Shown piece by piece: positions 29,778-41,682 of a stretch of 64,000 nucleotides of DNA. The translations under genes and the position numbers were made by a program. This DNA comes from Minisyncoccia bacterium (GTDB lineage: Bacteria; Patescibacteriota; Minisyncoccia; Phycocordibacterales; UBA9973), in NCBI GenBank assembly GCA_049317285.1, contig JBMOIO010000001.1, forward strand, positions 20,388-84,387, in the 5' to 3' direction. Numbering within the stretch: position 1 is the stretch's first letter; each line of letters starts with the position of its first letter. A model generated the notes under the pieces. That model saw only the letters and a list, made by a program, of their open reading frames with translations, did not search any database and was not told the origin of the DNA.

Positions 29778-31049
29778 TTAGAAGAGATCATTGCTCGTTA
29801 TACTTTTCGTCTTTTTGCTGTAGTTAATTGATTTCTTGTTAAAAAAGTCCCCGTGCTTCGTAGCAATCACTTCATCATAAAACCAATCTGATTCTTTGAG
29901 AAGCGCCTCGTTCGTATCAAATATCTTTGCAATACCGATACTCTGGAGCGAATTATTGAACCGTTGCTTAATAAACTCAAGAACGACTTCTTTGGAGATA
30001 AACTCCAGTTCCCCTTTTTCAAAAATCCATTCCACAACCGCCGTCTCTGATTCAAACGCTTCCTCGCAGATCCTGATAACACCCTCTTCAAACGCTGCAT
30101 CAAACCATTCGGGGTGCTCGGACTTGATAATGTTGATGATTTCGATTCCAAACAATCCATGAATTTGCTCTTCTTTCGAGGTTGCCTCTACGGCATTTGA
30201 TATGCCCTTGAACAGATTCTTGTGCTTATTGAAGGACATAATGACGAGGAACTGGGAGAACAAGGAAACGTGCTCTATAAATAACGAGAAGAGCAATATG
30301 GACTGGCTATAGTCTCGATTGTCTTCACTACGAGCATTCACCAAAGATTTTTCCAGATACTGCACGCGCTTTATGAGTGCGGGTACCTTATCAATCGTCT
30401 TAAAGACTTCGTTGAGCCCGAGTATTTCCAAGAGGTGCGCATACGCATCCGTGTGGCGCACCTCACTTTCTGCGAATGTTGCACCCACCGCTCCGATCTC
30501 AGGCTTTGGCAGTCGTTTATAAATATCTCCCCAAAATGTTTTGATAGTTACCTCTATCTGCGCGATGGCAAGCATGGCGTTTTGAATAACATTACGTTCT
30601 TTTTCGTCGACGTTCACTTTAAAGTTCTGTATATCGCCAACAAAGTTAAACTCGGTGTGGATCCAGTAGGAGTGGCGCACCGCATCGACATAGTCATAGA
30701 GTTCCGGGTATTCATATGGCTTGAGATGGACTCTTTTTTTGAAAATATCGCGTTTTCGCTCCTGATTTCTTTCTTCGCGGTACAAGACATAGGCCTTTGC
30801 AACCTCAAAATCCCCTTTCAATGCAATCTCTTTTTCAACGACATTTTGGATATCCTCAACCTCGGGAATATGATCTTCTCCATAGGTCTCTTCTAGAACT
30901 GAGACTATTTTGTCGGTAAGTTCCGTAAGGGAAACAATATCAATAAGCACTCTAGACGCTTCATATGCACGAGCAATTGCGGACTGAATTCGTGATTGGT
31001 CAAAATCAGTAATAGTGCCACTTCTTTTTTTGATACGTGTAATTGCCAT
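29778..31049 (-). CDS. nrdB: ribonucleotide reductase beta subunit with N-terminal ATP cone
   Basis: IKKRSG...FDQSRI..AI...VEDIQNVVE...VAKAYVLYR (ATP cone), then QIEV, ESEVRH..AY, EEQIHG metal ligands. Confidence 0.92.
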   Translation of the reverse strand: MAITRIKKRSGTITDFDQSRIQSAIARAYEASRVLIDIVSLTELTDKIVSVLEETYGEDHIPEVEDIQNVVEKEIALKGDFEVAKAYVLYREERNQERKRDIFKKRVHLKPYEYPELYDYVDAVRHSYWIHTEFNFVGDIQNFKVNVDEKERNVIQNAMLAIAQIEVTIKTFWGDIYKRLPKPEIGAVGATFAESEVRHTDAYAHLLEILGLNEVFKTIDKVPALIKRVQYLEKSLVNARSEDNRDYSQSILLFSLFIEHVSLFSQFLVIMSFNKHKNLFKGISNAVEATSKEEQIHGLFGIEIINIIKSEHPEWFDAAFEEGVIRICEEAFESETAVVEWIFEKGELEFISKEVVLEFIKQRFNNSLQSIGIAKIFDTNEALLKESDWFYDEVIATKHGDFFNKKSINYSKKTKSITSNDLF

Positions 31050-31206
31050 AAAACTTCGTACAGTATACAAAAATACGAGTGCCACGACGAAGTTCTGCTC
31101 TCTTTTTTGGTGCAATGATATAAATTTTTTTTCTTGTAAAGACTTCTGTCGAGAGAGTGTTATACGACAATCTCTCTGACCACGGGGCAGTCAGGTACAG
31201 AAATAA

Positions 31207-31683
31207 TTATTTCAGAAGGGTGAACGATTGACCCACTGCAATACCCTTTTCTGTGGAAAAACCGGCCGGTACTTCGAGTACATACTTTGATAGAGCGGTT
31301 GGATAAAATGTTTCGGGATAACTTTCAGGATCGATGCTCTCTTTAATGGTAACTACAGTCATTTCCTCATCGAGCCATATAATATCTATACTGTAGCGCA
31401 TATCTTTCATCCAAAAGCCATACAGTCCTATAGTGTCGAAGATAAACAGTTTCCCTGTACCTTCCGGCAAGGCTTCAGTATGTGACAAGCCCTGCACGCG
31501 CTCAAGGTCGGTGTCAGCAATACTTACCGCTATGCGAGTACTCCCGCTTCTCAGGACTGCGTCAGTAAAACCAGGCACAGGTAAGGGTTTTGTTCCTCGC
31601 CCTAAAAATAGAAAAAGCACCCCTAATAAAAGAAGTGCCATTCCTAGTAGTATAAAAAATCTATTGTTTTGAATGAATGCCAT
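31207..31683 (-). CDS. DUF192 family protein
   Basis: ADT...R..GLS, LFIF, FWMKDM.YSIDIIW, YVLEVPAG motifs. Confidence 0.85.
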   Translation of the reverse strand: MAFIQNNRFFILLGMALLLLGVLFLFLGRGTKPLPVPGFTDAVLRSGSTRIAVSIADTDLERVQGLSHTEALPEGTGKLFIFDTIGLYGFWMKDMRYSIDIIWLDEEMTVVTIKESIDPESYPETFYPTALSKYVLEVPAGFSTEKGIAVGQSFTLLK

Positions 31684-31884
31684 TACCAGTAAAGTATATC
31701 AACTTTCTTTTGCCTCAGTCTACCACTCATACGCTCTATAGATACGTACGAGAGGATTTGTGTGCTTTAACCCTTGCACAGGGAGTATGTATTAAGTCAC
31801 ATACCACAACCTTTTTCCGACTTGCGCCGGTTCAACCGTATCAATCTTTTCATCATCCACGAGGGACAATGAGAAAACATCTCA

Positions 31885-33563
<1,679 letters not shown>

Positions 33564-33740
33564 AGATAAGTTTAAAACTACATCTTAGACTGAGGCAAGA
33601 GAAAATTGGTATTTCCGTATGCTTGCCTCCTTACTTAATTAACTTGGAATAGTTAGGTTTCTTTAATAGATATTTGCGTTCATTTTAATTCTTAACAATA
33701 GATTTTCAAACAACAAAGCTCTATCTCCAGAGCGACCCCT

Positions 33741-33768
33741 ATTATATACACCTGAAAATCAAAGTCAA
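33741..33768 (-). promoter_or_regulatory. 16S rRNA promoter
   Basis: TTGACT-N16-TATAAT about 180 nt upstream of the 16S 5' end. Confidence 0.7.
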
Positions 33769-33829
33769 GCATTTGTTCACAAGGCTTTTTTAGGGGTTTT
33801 TCAAACAAAAAGCCCCTGTTTTAAGGGCT

Positions 33830-34354
33830 TTAAATGGTAAGGTCGCCTACGCTGCAATTCTCGATAGATGACCCAATAACTCCCTTTTCGTCGGAGGTAA
33901 AATGGACCCACCCTTTTATAGGAGTACCCGCCAATACTTGCGGGAGAAGGAGTTCATCGCCGGGCATTATTTCGTCCCATGGCAAACTATCTATCGGAAA
34001 CCACGTGGGGTCTGCCATCTCGTCGGTTGTAAGAGGCTCACCTACTGACGCTTTTGTTTTTAGTGCTCTATAGAAAAGAACACTAAATAGCGGAGCATCT
34101 GCTTTAGGTACAGTATGTTCCCCTTTATAGAATTCTATCAGGGCAACGGGTTCGAGCTCTGCTTCAGAAAGCCTGATAATTCCCCCGCTTTCCTCAAGTG
34201 TTTCTTCAATAGTGCATTCTTGGGGAGTCTGTCCAGGTTCAATTTTCCCACCGTATCCAAACCAAAAACCCGTCCCTACTTTTCTCACTTTCCTTGCCAT
34301 AAGGACTTCATTCGTTTCAGGGTCGATAATATATACAATAGTTGCCTTCGCCAT
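33830..34354 (-). CDS. NUDIX hydrolase (MutT/MTH1-like)
   Basis: GYGGKIEPGQTPQECTIEETLEESG Nudix box; EM..PTWF..DSLPWDEIMPGD. Confidence 0.8.
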   Translation of the reverse strand: MAKATIVYIIDPETNEVLMARKVRKVGTGFWFGYGGKIEPGQTPQECTIEETLEESGGIIRLSEAELEPVALIEFYKGEHTVPKADAPLFSVLFYRALKTKASVGEPLTTDEMADPTWFPIDSLPWDEIMPGDELLLPQVLAGTPIKGWVHFTSDEKGVIGSSIENCSVGDLTI

Positions 34355-34422
34355 ATGTTTCTTAATCGTATTCCTTCTGCAGTAAATTGCAATCGCTCTC
34401 ATCAGTCGTGTACTATGTACTC

Positions 34423-35679
34423 ATGGACAGCCCCACTCTCTATGCTCTCTTTTCTGAAAATGGACACTCTCTTTCGACTGACACCCGCACCATCAAACCG
34501 GGAGATATCTATCTGGGACTGCGCGGTGAGCAATTCGATGGGAATGCCTATGCACAAGCCGCGCTGGAAAAAGGAGCATGCTTTGCAGTCATCGATAACC
34601 CCAAGTATAAAGCCGATGAACGATACATCCTTGTAGAAAATACCCTTGCAACACTCCAGGCTCTTGCAAAACTTCATCGCGAACAGTTTTCTATTCCAGT
34701 GCTTGCGATTGGGGGATCAAACGGAAAAACAACTACCAAAGAACTTATTCATGCAGTGCTCAGCGCCAAATACCGCGTCCACACGACAAAAGGAAATTTA
34801 AACAATGAGATAGGGGTGCCTCTTACCATTCTTTCAATGTCCTCTGACACTGACATTGCTGTAGTAGAGATCGGTGCAAACCACGCGCGAGAACACACAG
34901 TCTTGATGGATATTCTTTCCCCTACCCATGTATTAGTGACAAACAATGGTGCAGACCATTTGGAAGGGTTCGGCTCTCTCGCAGGTGTTCGTTCGGCAAA
35001 TAAGGAAATCTTTGATACTGCAAAAACAGCACATGCGTTTGTGAATAAAGACCTCACGGAGCTTGTTGAAGACAGTAGCACTCTTCAAAGAACACTCTAC
35101 CCAACACTCTCTTGGCGGAGTGCTTCGAATATATACGCCGGAATTAATTATGGAGAGACTTCGATTACTTCCTCATTGTTTGGATCATTCAATGAGCCCA
35201 ATATCTTGGCTGCCATTGCAGTGGGTGATTTTTTTTCAGTACCCATAGAAAGTATCCAAACAGCGATACAAGAATATACTCCGACACTGAAGCGCTCCCA
35301 AGTACTCGTGCATGACGATCATACTATTATTATGGACTGCTACAATGCCAATCCTACTAGCATGGAACTTTCACTCAAGGATTTCTTTCACACCACAAGC
35401 CCAGGGGCACGGGTAATAGTTGTTGGGGATATGTTTGAAGTCGGCGACGCCGAAGCCATGGCGCACAGCAACGTATTGGAGTTCATTGCCAAAGAAAAAG
35501 GAGTAGCTGATATAGTGATCTGTGTCGGACCGCGCTTCTCAAAAAACAGCGCCCTCTTTCCTTTTACTTTCTTTGAAAGCGCAGCTCAAGCAAAACCGTT
35601 CTACGGCGCACTCTCCTTGCACAACAAAACCGTATTCTTGAAAGCCTCTCGGGGCATTCGCCTTGAAGAGATGTTATAG
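34423..35679 (+). CDS. murF: UDP-MurNAc-tripeptide--D-Ala-D-Ala ligase
   Basis: DTR, GSNGKTTTKE, GNLNNEIGVPLT, DCYNANPTSM, GDMFE, KASRG motifs. Confidence 0.95.
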   Translation: MDSPTLYALFSENGHSLSTDTRTIKPGDIYLGLRGEQFDGNAYAQAALEKGACFAVIDNPKYKADERYILVENTLATLQALAKLHREQFSIPVLAIGGSNGKTTTKELIHAVLSAKYRVHTTKGNLNNEIGVPLTILSMSSDTDIAVVEIGANHAREHTVLMDILSPTHVLVTNNGADHLEGFGSLAGVRSANKEIFDTAKTAHAFVNKDLTELVEDSSTLQRTLYPTLSWRSASNIYAGINYGETSITSSLFGSFNEPNILAAIAVGDFFSVPIESIQTAIQEYTPTLKRSQVLVHDDHTIIMDCYNANPTSMELSLKDFFHTTSPGARVIVVGDMFEVGDAEAMAHSNVLEFIAKEKGVADIVICVGPRFSKNSALFPFTFFESAAQAKPFYGALSLHNKTVFLKASRGIRLEEML

Positions 35680-35693
35680 TCACATCGCTTTCT

Positions 35694-36704
35694 TTACTCA
35701 ACTAAGCGAGGCTCTCTTGTAAGCGTTATACCAAAACGTTCTTGTACTGATCTTTCAATTGCTTGTTGTAACGCAAGAACATCAGCAAGTGTCGCTCCTC
35801 CACGATTCACCATAACAAGCGCATTGTTTTCATACATTCCCACTGGACCGAGATTCTTGCCCTTCCATCCACATTGTTCTATGAGCCATCCTGCAGACAC
35901 TTTCTTCATTCCCGACATAGAAGGAAATACTGGAAGGGCGGGAAATATTTCTAAGAGTCTCTCTACAACAGATTCGGACACTACAGGGTTATGGAAAAAA
36001 GATCCCAGATTCGGTACTACTTCCGGGCGTGGCAGCTTGGCCCACCGAACCGAGATGATTGTTTCTCTGAGCAATTGCGGCGTTACTTTCTGTCCTGCCG
36101 GAATCAATGCTTCAATCCCAGGGTAACGAATAGTGGGAACGGCATTTTTTACTACCCGCAATGTTACAGACACTATTACGTATCTTCCTAACCACAGTGT
36201 TTTAAAGTTGCTTGTTCTATACCCAAAACTGCATTCTTCGGGAGAAAGTGAGAGCACTCTATTGTCTTTGATGTCATAGACCAGAATGCTCTCTATATAC
36301 TCTGCGACTTCAACTCCGTACGCTCCGATATTTTGAATCGGTGCGGCACCAACTGTTCCAGGAATTGCTGAGAGAGACTCTAGCCCGCTATACCCTTTGT
36401 CTACCGTATCAAGGACCACATCATCCCACAGCGCTCCTGCCTGGGCCGTGATAAAAACATGCTCCGCAGTTTCTCTATAGAGAATAGTCTTTAGTGCAAG
36501 CATGATAACAGGAGTACTGATCAGGGGTGCGTACAATGTATTTGAGCCGGCTCCCGCAATGATAAAAGAGGTGTTTGTTTTTTTGAAGTGCGTAATTGTT
36601 TGCTGCAACTCTTCAACGGAGTCAATACGAATGAGTACCGAAGCTCTACTGGCGAGAGAAAAAGTAGAAAAAGGGGCGAGAGAAGTAGTAAGCGTCTTGT
36701 GCAT
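35694..36704 (-). CDS. murB: UDP-N-acetylmuramate dehydrogenase
   Basis: GAGSN, IPGTVGAAPIQNIGAYG, FGYRTS, GSFF.NP, AGWLIE motifs. Confidence 0.95.
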   Translation of the reverse strand: MHKTLTTSLAPFSTFSLASRASVLIRIDSVEELQQTITHFKKTNTSFIIAGAGSNTLYAPLISTPVIMLALKTILYRETAEHVFITAQAGALWDDVVLDTVDKGYSGLESLSAIPGTVGAAPIQNIGAYGVEVAEYIESILVYDIKDNRVLSLSPEECSFGYRTSNFKTLWLGRYVIVSVTLRVVKNAVPTIRYPGIEALIPAGQKVTPQLLRETIISVRWAKLPRPEVVPNLGSFFHNPVVSESVVERLLEIFPALPVFPSMSGMKKVSAGWLIEQCGWKGKNLGPVGMYENNALVMVNRGGATLADVLALQQAIERSVQERFGITLTREPRLVE

Positions 36705-36742
36705 ATGTATATATCATATATGATATATACATATGCACAAGA
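36695..36742. promoter_or_regulatory. perfect 48-bp palindrome: bidirectional promoter / candidate operator
   Basis: TCTTGTGCATATGTATATATCATA|TATGATATATACATATGCACAAGA is its own reverse complement and contains both start codons. Confidence 0.75.
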
Positions 36743-38286
36743 AAAAACCCGACACAACAAAAACTGCACATGCATTCTCTGCAATCGGATCAATGATCCG
36801 TGAGGCGCGCGAACGCCGCAGCATGACTCAACTAGAGTTTGCGCGAAAATTAAAAACGTCGCAGAGTGCGATTGCTCGCATCGAATCAGGCTATCAAAAT
36901 ATTTCCATGGAGCTCTTGGAAAAGATAGGCCTTCTTTTGGGAGAGCGGATCATAACAACCGCATCAGGAACCGACGACTTTATTATCAATGGAGGGAAAA
37001 AACTCTCGGGAACAGTCACGATCCGACCGTCAAAAAATGGGGCTCTTCATTTGCTGTGTGCTGCACTTATCAACAAAGGAACAACTATTCTGCACAACAT
37101 CCCACGCAATCAGGAAATCCTTCGAATCCTCGAAGTGTTCGAGAGTATGGATATCTCTGTAACATGGAATGATGTCAGCACTCTTTCGATCAAGCTTCCG
37201 AAAAAAATAAAGACCGACGCACTCCAAGCCGACTCTGCATCAAAGATCCGCTCGGGGCTCATGACGACCGGGTCTTTATCTCACCATCTCTCACGCTTTA
37301 CGTTGCCTCATAGCGGAGGGTGCAAAATGGGTGCACGCACGATTGCTGCTCACCGCTTCGGACTGCTTCCCCTTGGTATTGATATTGAAACAAAAAATGA
37401 TTTCTATGAAATAAACGTTTCTCCACCAAAAGCAAAAAACCGAGTTGTCATGTATGAAGCTTCTGACACAGGAACAACAAACGTACTGCTTGCCGCTGCA
37501 CGCTTGCCGGGGCCCACAGAGATCGTATTTGCTCAACAAAACTATATGGTGATGGATGTTTGTTATTTCCTTCAAGAGCTTGGCGTCCGCATTGAAGGAA
37601 TGGGGTCGCACAAGCTTACCGTGTACGGAAAAGAATCATTTGATACCACGATTGAGCACTACAACAGTGAAGACCCTATTGAAGCGATGTTCTTTATTTC
37701 AGCGGCACTCACCACACGCTCTGGTATTACCATTGCCCGGGTACCAATCGATTATCTGGAGCTCGAAATTCTCAAACTCGAATTGATGGGTATGAAGTAT
37801 AAACGCTCAAAACCTTACATGGCAGACAATGGAGAGACGACACTGTGCGATCTCACCATTTCCCCTTCAACCCTTACCGCCCTGCCGGACAAGATCCACG
37901 CCCTTCCCTTCCCCGGGATCAATACAGACAACCTCCCCTTCTTTGTCCCCATTGCGACAGTAACAACAGGGCGCACGATGATCCATGACTGGATGTGGGA
38001 AGAGCGTGCAATTTATTTTACTGAGCTCAACAAACTCGGTGCGAACATCACTCTTCTTGATCCGCACCGGATCATCGTAGAGGGTCCGACCAAATTGCGG
38101 GCAAACCAAATAGTGTGCCCTCCTGCATTGCGCCCTTCTGCAATTATTCTGGTCGCTATGCTCGCGGCCGAAGGCACTTCCATTTTGCGCAACGTCTATG
38201 CAATCTCGCGAGGGTACGAAGACTTACCTGCGCGCCTTTCAGCACTCGGTGCCGATATTAAAATAATCAATTCAATTTCAGGATAA
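36733..38286 (+). CDS. murA: XRE-HTH::UDP-N-acetylglucosamine 1-carboxyvinyltransferase fusion
   Basis: N-terminal IREARERRSMTQLEFARKLKTSQSAIARIESG (XRE HTH), then INGGKKLSG, SKN, GGCKMGAR, RGYE MurA motifs. Confidence 0.9.
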   Translation: MHKKKPDTTKTAHAFSAIGSMIREARERRSMTQLEFARKLKTSQSAIARIESGYQNISMELLEKIGLLLGERIITTASGTDDFIINGGKKLSGTVTIRPSKNGALHLLCAALINKGTTILHNIPRNQEILRILEVFESMDISVTWNDVSTLSIKLPKKIKTDALQADSASKIRSGLMTTGSLSHHLSRFTLPHSGGCKMGARTIAAHRFGLLPLGIDIETKNDFYEINVSPPKAKNRVVMYEASDTGTTNVLLAAARLPGPTEIVFAQQNYMVMDVCYFLQELGVRIEGMGSHKLTVYGKESFDTTIEHYNSEDPIEAMFFISAALTTRSGITIARVPIDYLELEILKLELMGMKYKRSKPYMADNGETTLCDLTISPSTLTALPDKIHALPFPGINTDNLPFFVPIATVTTGRTMIHDWMWEERAIYFTELNKLGANITLLDPHRIIVEGPTKLRANQIVCPPALRPSAIILVAMLAAEGTSILRNVYAISRGYEDLPARLSALGADIKIINSISG

Positions 38287-38287
38287 T

Positions 38288-39706
38288 ATGAAGAATATAC
38301 ATTTCATTGGGATCTGCGGTGCAGGCATGGCGGGCATTGCAACAATGCTTAAACGGGAAGGATATAGTGTATCTGGTAGCGACGAAGGGTTTTATGACCC
38401 TATCGCGTCGTACTTGCGAAAAAGCGGCTTTGCGATTGTTCCGGGATACAGAGAAGAAAATATTCCGGAGAACACAGACACTATCGTTATTGGCAAACAT
38501 GCAAAACTTGTCCCCGAGGACAATAGTGAAGTGGCAAAAGCATTTTCTCTCAAAGACGAGGGGCGGGTGCACATTCTTTCTTTTCCAGAACTCCTCCAAG
38601 AAATCACAACTGACAGAACACGTATTGTAGTAGCAGGAAGCTATGGCAAGTCTACAGTGACTGCGCTCCTTGCGTGGTGCCTGTCTTCAGCTGGAAAAAA
38701 CCCTGGATATTTTATTGGGGCTCAAGTATACGGACTCGAAGACCCTTGTGTATTGGGAACCGGTCCGTTTATTTTTGAAGGGGACGAGTATCCTGCAGCG
38801 AACTGGGACACTCGTTCAAAATTTGAATTTTATCATCCGCACTATGTACTCCTTACCTCAGGCGAACATGACCATGTAAATATTTTTCCTACACATGAAT
38901 CTTTCCTGGAGCGCTTTGAGCGCCTCCTCGGAGCACTCCCGGACAATACGCTTACTATTGGAGGCATTGAAAATGACTCTGTTGATCGATTACTGCTCAA
39001 AGCTCCCCACTCCACAACCTATGGCGTAGAGAGAGGGCTATGGCACGCGAACAATATAGTATGGGGCGAAGAAACAACATTTGATGTATACCACAATGAT
39101 ACTTTTGTTATAGCCCTCTCTACTACCCTTCTGGGAAAACATAATATACAAAATTGCGTTGGAGCTATTGCACTTCTTATGGAAGCCCACCTTCTTACGC
39201 CCGAAGAAATTGCGGCGGGAATAAAAAGCTTTCAAGGAGTAAAGCGTCGACTTGATCGCATTGACCACGGCGGTATCACTCCCGTCTACGAAGGATTCGG
39301 TTCAGCATATGCAAAGGCGCGAAGTGCAATTGAGGCTCTCAATCTTCACTATCCGAACAAAAAAATATACTGCATCTTTGAGCCTCATACGTTTAGCTGG
39401 CGCGACATTGCAATGGCATTTTGGTACAAGGATGTATTTGATGGAGTAAACAGTGTTGCCATAGTTACCCCACCAAAAGAGCACGGCAAGGATATTGCTG
39501 GACAACTCACTGTAGAAGAAATACTTCAGCATATTGAGACCCCTCTGACAATAAAACATTCGTTTACCGACAAAGATACTGCACTTGCCTCAATACTTTC
39601 TACCCTTTCAGAATCCCCCGCAGAATACTGTGTTCTTATATTAACTTCAGGAGAAGCATTGGGTCTCGGCAGTGCATTAATAGAATGGTCAGAAAAATAT
39701 GAATAA
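38288..39706 (+). CDS. murC: MurC/Mpl-family Mur ligase
   Basis: IHFIGICGAGM, GSYGKSTVT, EGDEY, GVKRRL, FEPH motifs. MurC versus Mpl is not resolved. Confidence 0.75.
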   Translation: MKNIHFIGICGAGMAGIATMLKREGYSVSGSDEGFYDPIASYLRKSGFAIVPGYREENIPENTDTIVIGKHAKLVPEDNSEVAKAFSLKDEGRVHILSFPELLQEITTDRTRIVVAGSYGKSTVTALLAWCLSSAGKNPGYFIGAQVYGLEDPCVLGTGPFIFEGDEYPAANWDTRSKFEFYHPHYVLLTSGEHDHVNIFPTHESFLERFERLLGALPDNTLTIGGIENDSVDRLLLKAPHSTTYGVERGLWHANNIVWGEETTFDVYHNDTFVIALSTTLLGKHNIQNCVGAIALLMEAHLLTPEEIAAGIKSFQGVKRRLDRIDHGGITPVYEGFGSAYAKARSAIEALNLHYPNKKIYCIFEPHTFSWRDIAMAFWYKDVFDGVNSVAIVTPPKEHGKDIAGQLTVEEILQHIETPLTIKHSFTDKDTALASILSTLSESPAEYCVLILTSGEALGLGSALIEWSEKYE

Positions 39707-41159
39707 AACACTTTCGTCACTATTGGAAACAATACCCTTTGAAGAGTGTCTTGGTACGACAGACCGTGTTATTACCGATGTCACAATTGATTCACGTACC
39801 GTCACTGCAACTGCACTATTTGTCGCGCAAAAAGGCGAAACACTCGATGGTCACGACTTTATCGGACAAGCTATTGAAAACGGTGCCCGGACAATCGTCT
39901 GTCAAACTATTCCTTCACTGCTTCACGACGGCGTGACCTATATCAAAGTTATCGATAGCCACCATGCCGCTGGTCTTATCGCAAGTTGGCTGTATGATTT
40001 CCCGGCTCGAGACCTTACCCTTATCGGTGTTACGGGCACCAACGGCAAGACAACGGTTGCAACACTGCTTTGGCAGTCACTGCGTCTCTTGGGCAATAAA
40101 GTTGGCCTTATCTCAACAGTTTCGCATTGGATAGATGAGTGTGAAATTCCCAGCACGCACACCACTCCCGACGCAATCACCTTACAAAAACTTTTTCGAA
40201 CAATGGCAGATGCCGGATGCACCCATGTGATCATGGAAGTCAGCTCCCATGCCATTGCGCAGAAGCGCATTGCGGGTCTGACATTTGCCGTGGGAATATT
40301 TACCAATCTTACCCAGGACCATTTAGATTTCCACAACACAATGGAAGCGTATGGGGCAACCAAAAAAACATTTTTCTCTTCACTTCAGTCGTCAGCATAT
40401 GCTATTACCAACTTCGATGACTCATATGGGGCCTCTATGGTAGATGATACTCAAGCGACCACACTCTCCTATGCAATAACCGCTCCTGCTGACTACGTAG
40501 CAAAAGATATACTCCTGAGTATTGACGGCACTTCTTTTACTATTGAAAACACCGCTCTCGCATCAACTCTTATTGGAGCATTTAATCTTTCTAACATACT
40601 TGCAGTCTACGCCTGCTTACGGACGCTTTCCTATAACCCTTCTGACATCGCGCAAATAATCCCCGCCCTTGTTCCCCCTCCTGGAAGACTGGAATTAATA
40701 AAAGGTCCCGAAGACCGAATAGGGGTCATCGATTACGCCCATACTCCTGACGGACTTGAGAAACTGCTCACTACATTGCAGGCCATTAAAAAACCACACA
40801 CACAGCTAATAGTAGTATTTGGCTGTGGAGGAGATCGTGATACGAGCAAGCGCCCTCTCATGGGCACTATTGCACTGACCCATTCGGACTACTGTGTTAT
40901 TACCTCAGACAATCCCCGCAATGAATCCCCCCAATCAATCTGCGATGACATCTTGAAAGGCCTCCCGGAGCAACGAGCTTCATACATCGTTATTGTTGAC
41001 AGAAAAGAGGCGATTTATCACGCAGTACAAAATAGTCTGCCGGGCGATACTATTGTGATTGCAGGAAAAGGCCATGAAGAGTACCAAATAATCGGCACTG
41101 ATAAGTTACCATTCTCAGATAGAACAGTTCTTGCAGAAGCATTTACGGCGCTCGAGTAA
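39699..41159 (+). CDS. murE: UDP-MurNAc-dipeptide--DAP ligase
   Basis: GVTGTNGKTT, MEVSSH, DHLDFH, DYAHTPD, DNPR (meso-DAP specificity), AGKGHE motifs. Confidence 0.95.
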   Translation: MNKTLSSLLETIPFEECLGTTDRVITDVTIDSRTVTATALFVAQKGETLDGHDFIGQAIENGARTIVCQTIPSLLHDGVTYIKVIDSHHAAGLIASWLYDFPARDLTLIGVTGTNGKTTVATLLWQSLRLLGNKVGLISTVSHWIDECEIPSTHTTPDAITLQKLFRTMADAGCTHVIMEVSSHAIAQKRIAGLTFAVGIFTNLTQDHLDFHNTMEAYGATKKTFFSSLQSSAYAITNFDDSYGASMVDDTQATTLSYAITAPADYVAKDILLSIDGTSFTIENTALASTLIGAFNLSNILAVYACLRTLSYNPSDIAQIIPALVPPPGRLELIKGPEDRIGVIDYAHTPDGLEKLLTTLQAIKKPHTQLIVVFGCGGDRDTSKRPLMGTIALTHSDYCVITSDNPRNESPQSICDDILKGLPEQRASYIVIVDRKEAIYHAVQNSLPGDTIVIAGKGHEEYQIIGTDKLPFSDRTVLAEAFTALE

Positions 41160-41195
41160 ATAATAGTGTAAAAAAATAAACCCCCGTGAAGGAGT

Positions 41196-41645
41196 TCATT
41201 GTTGTAGCACTGATTCGACATGCAATAAATTTTCAAACGCTTCTGCAATTGTTCTCCCGTTAGCCATTCTCTTGTATATACCGGGAGGGCTGTTGACAGG
41301 AGGGCGGGTTTTAACAAATAGTATTTTCCACCCACCGTTTTCCATAGAAAGTTCTGTATATCCTTTGCAAAGAAATTGCTCCAATACAAGAGGATGCACC
41401 ATAGAGAGCGAATTCGGATAGGCTGCATTTGCTTCTTTTTCTAATCTTTTTCTTTTACGACTTTCTCGTTGAAAAGTCTCAATATGTAAAAGCATAAGTA
41501 AATGTCCAAGCCCTCGATCGGAATAGACGGTCCATGTGATGTCGTCGAGAGTAGCCGTGACTACAAAAAGATACTCAACCGGCGAGGCGATCCGGATACT
41601 ACCCTTCTCAAAGAAACGGGCGTACTGTTCTATAGTATTGTTCAT
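41196..41645 (-). CDS. hypothetical protein
   Basis: ORF downstream of smc; no recognised motif; start uncertain. Confidence 0.45.
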   Translation of the reverse strand: MNNTIEQYARFFEKGSIRIASPVEYLFVVTATLDDITWTVYSDRGLGHLLMLLHIETFQRESRKRKRLEKEANAAYPNSLSMVHPLVLEQFLCKGYTELSMENGGWKILFVKTRPPVNSPPGIYKRMANGRTIAEAFENLLHVESVLQQ

Positions 41646-41682
41646 AATTGTACAGGTTTTGCCCCATACTATATGTTCACAG

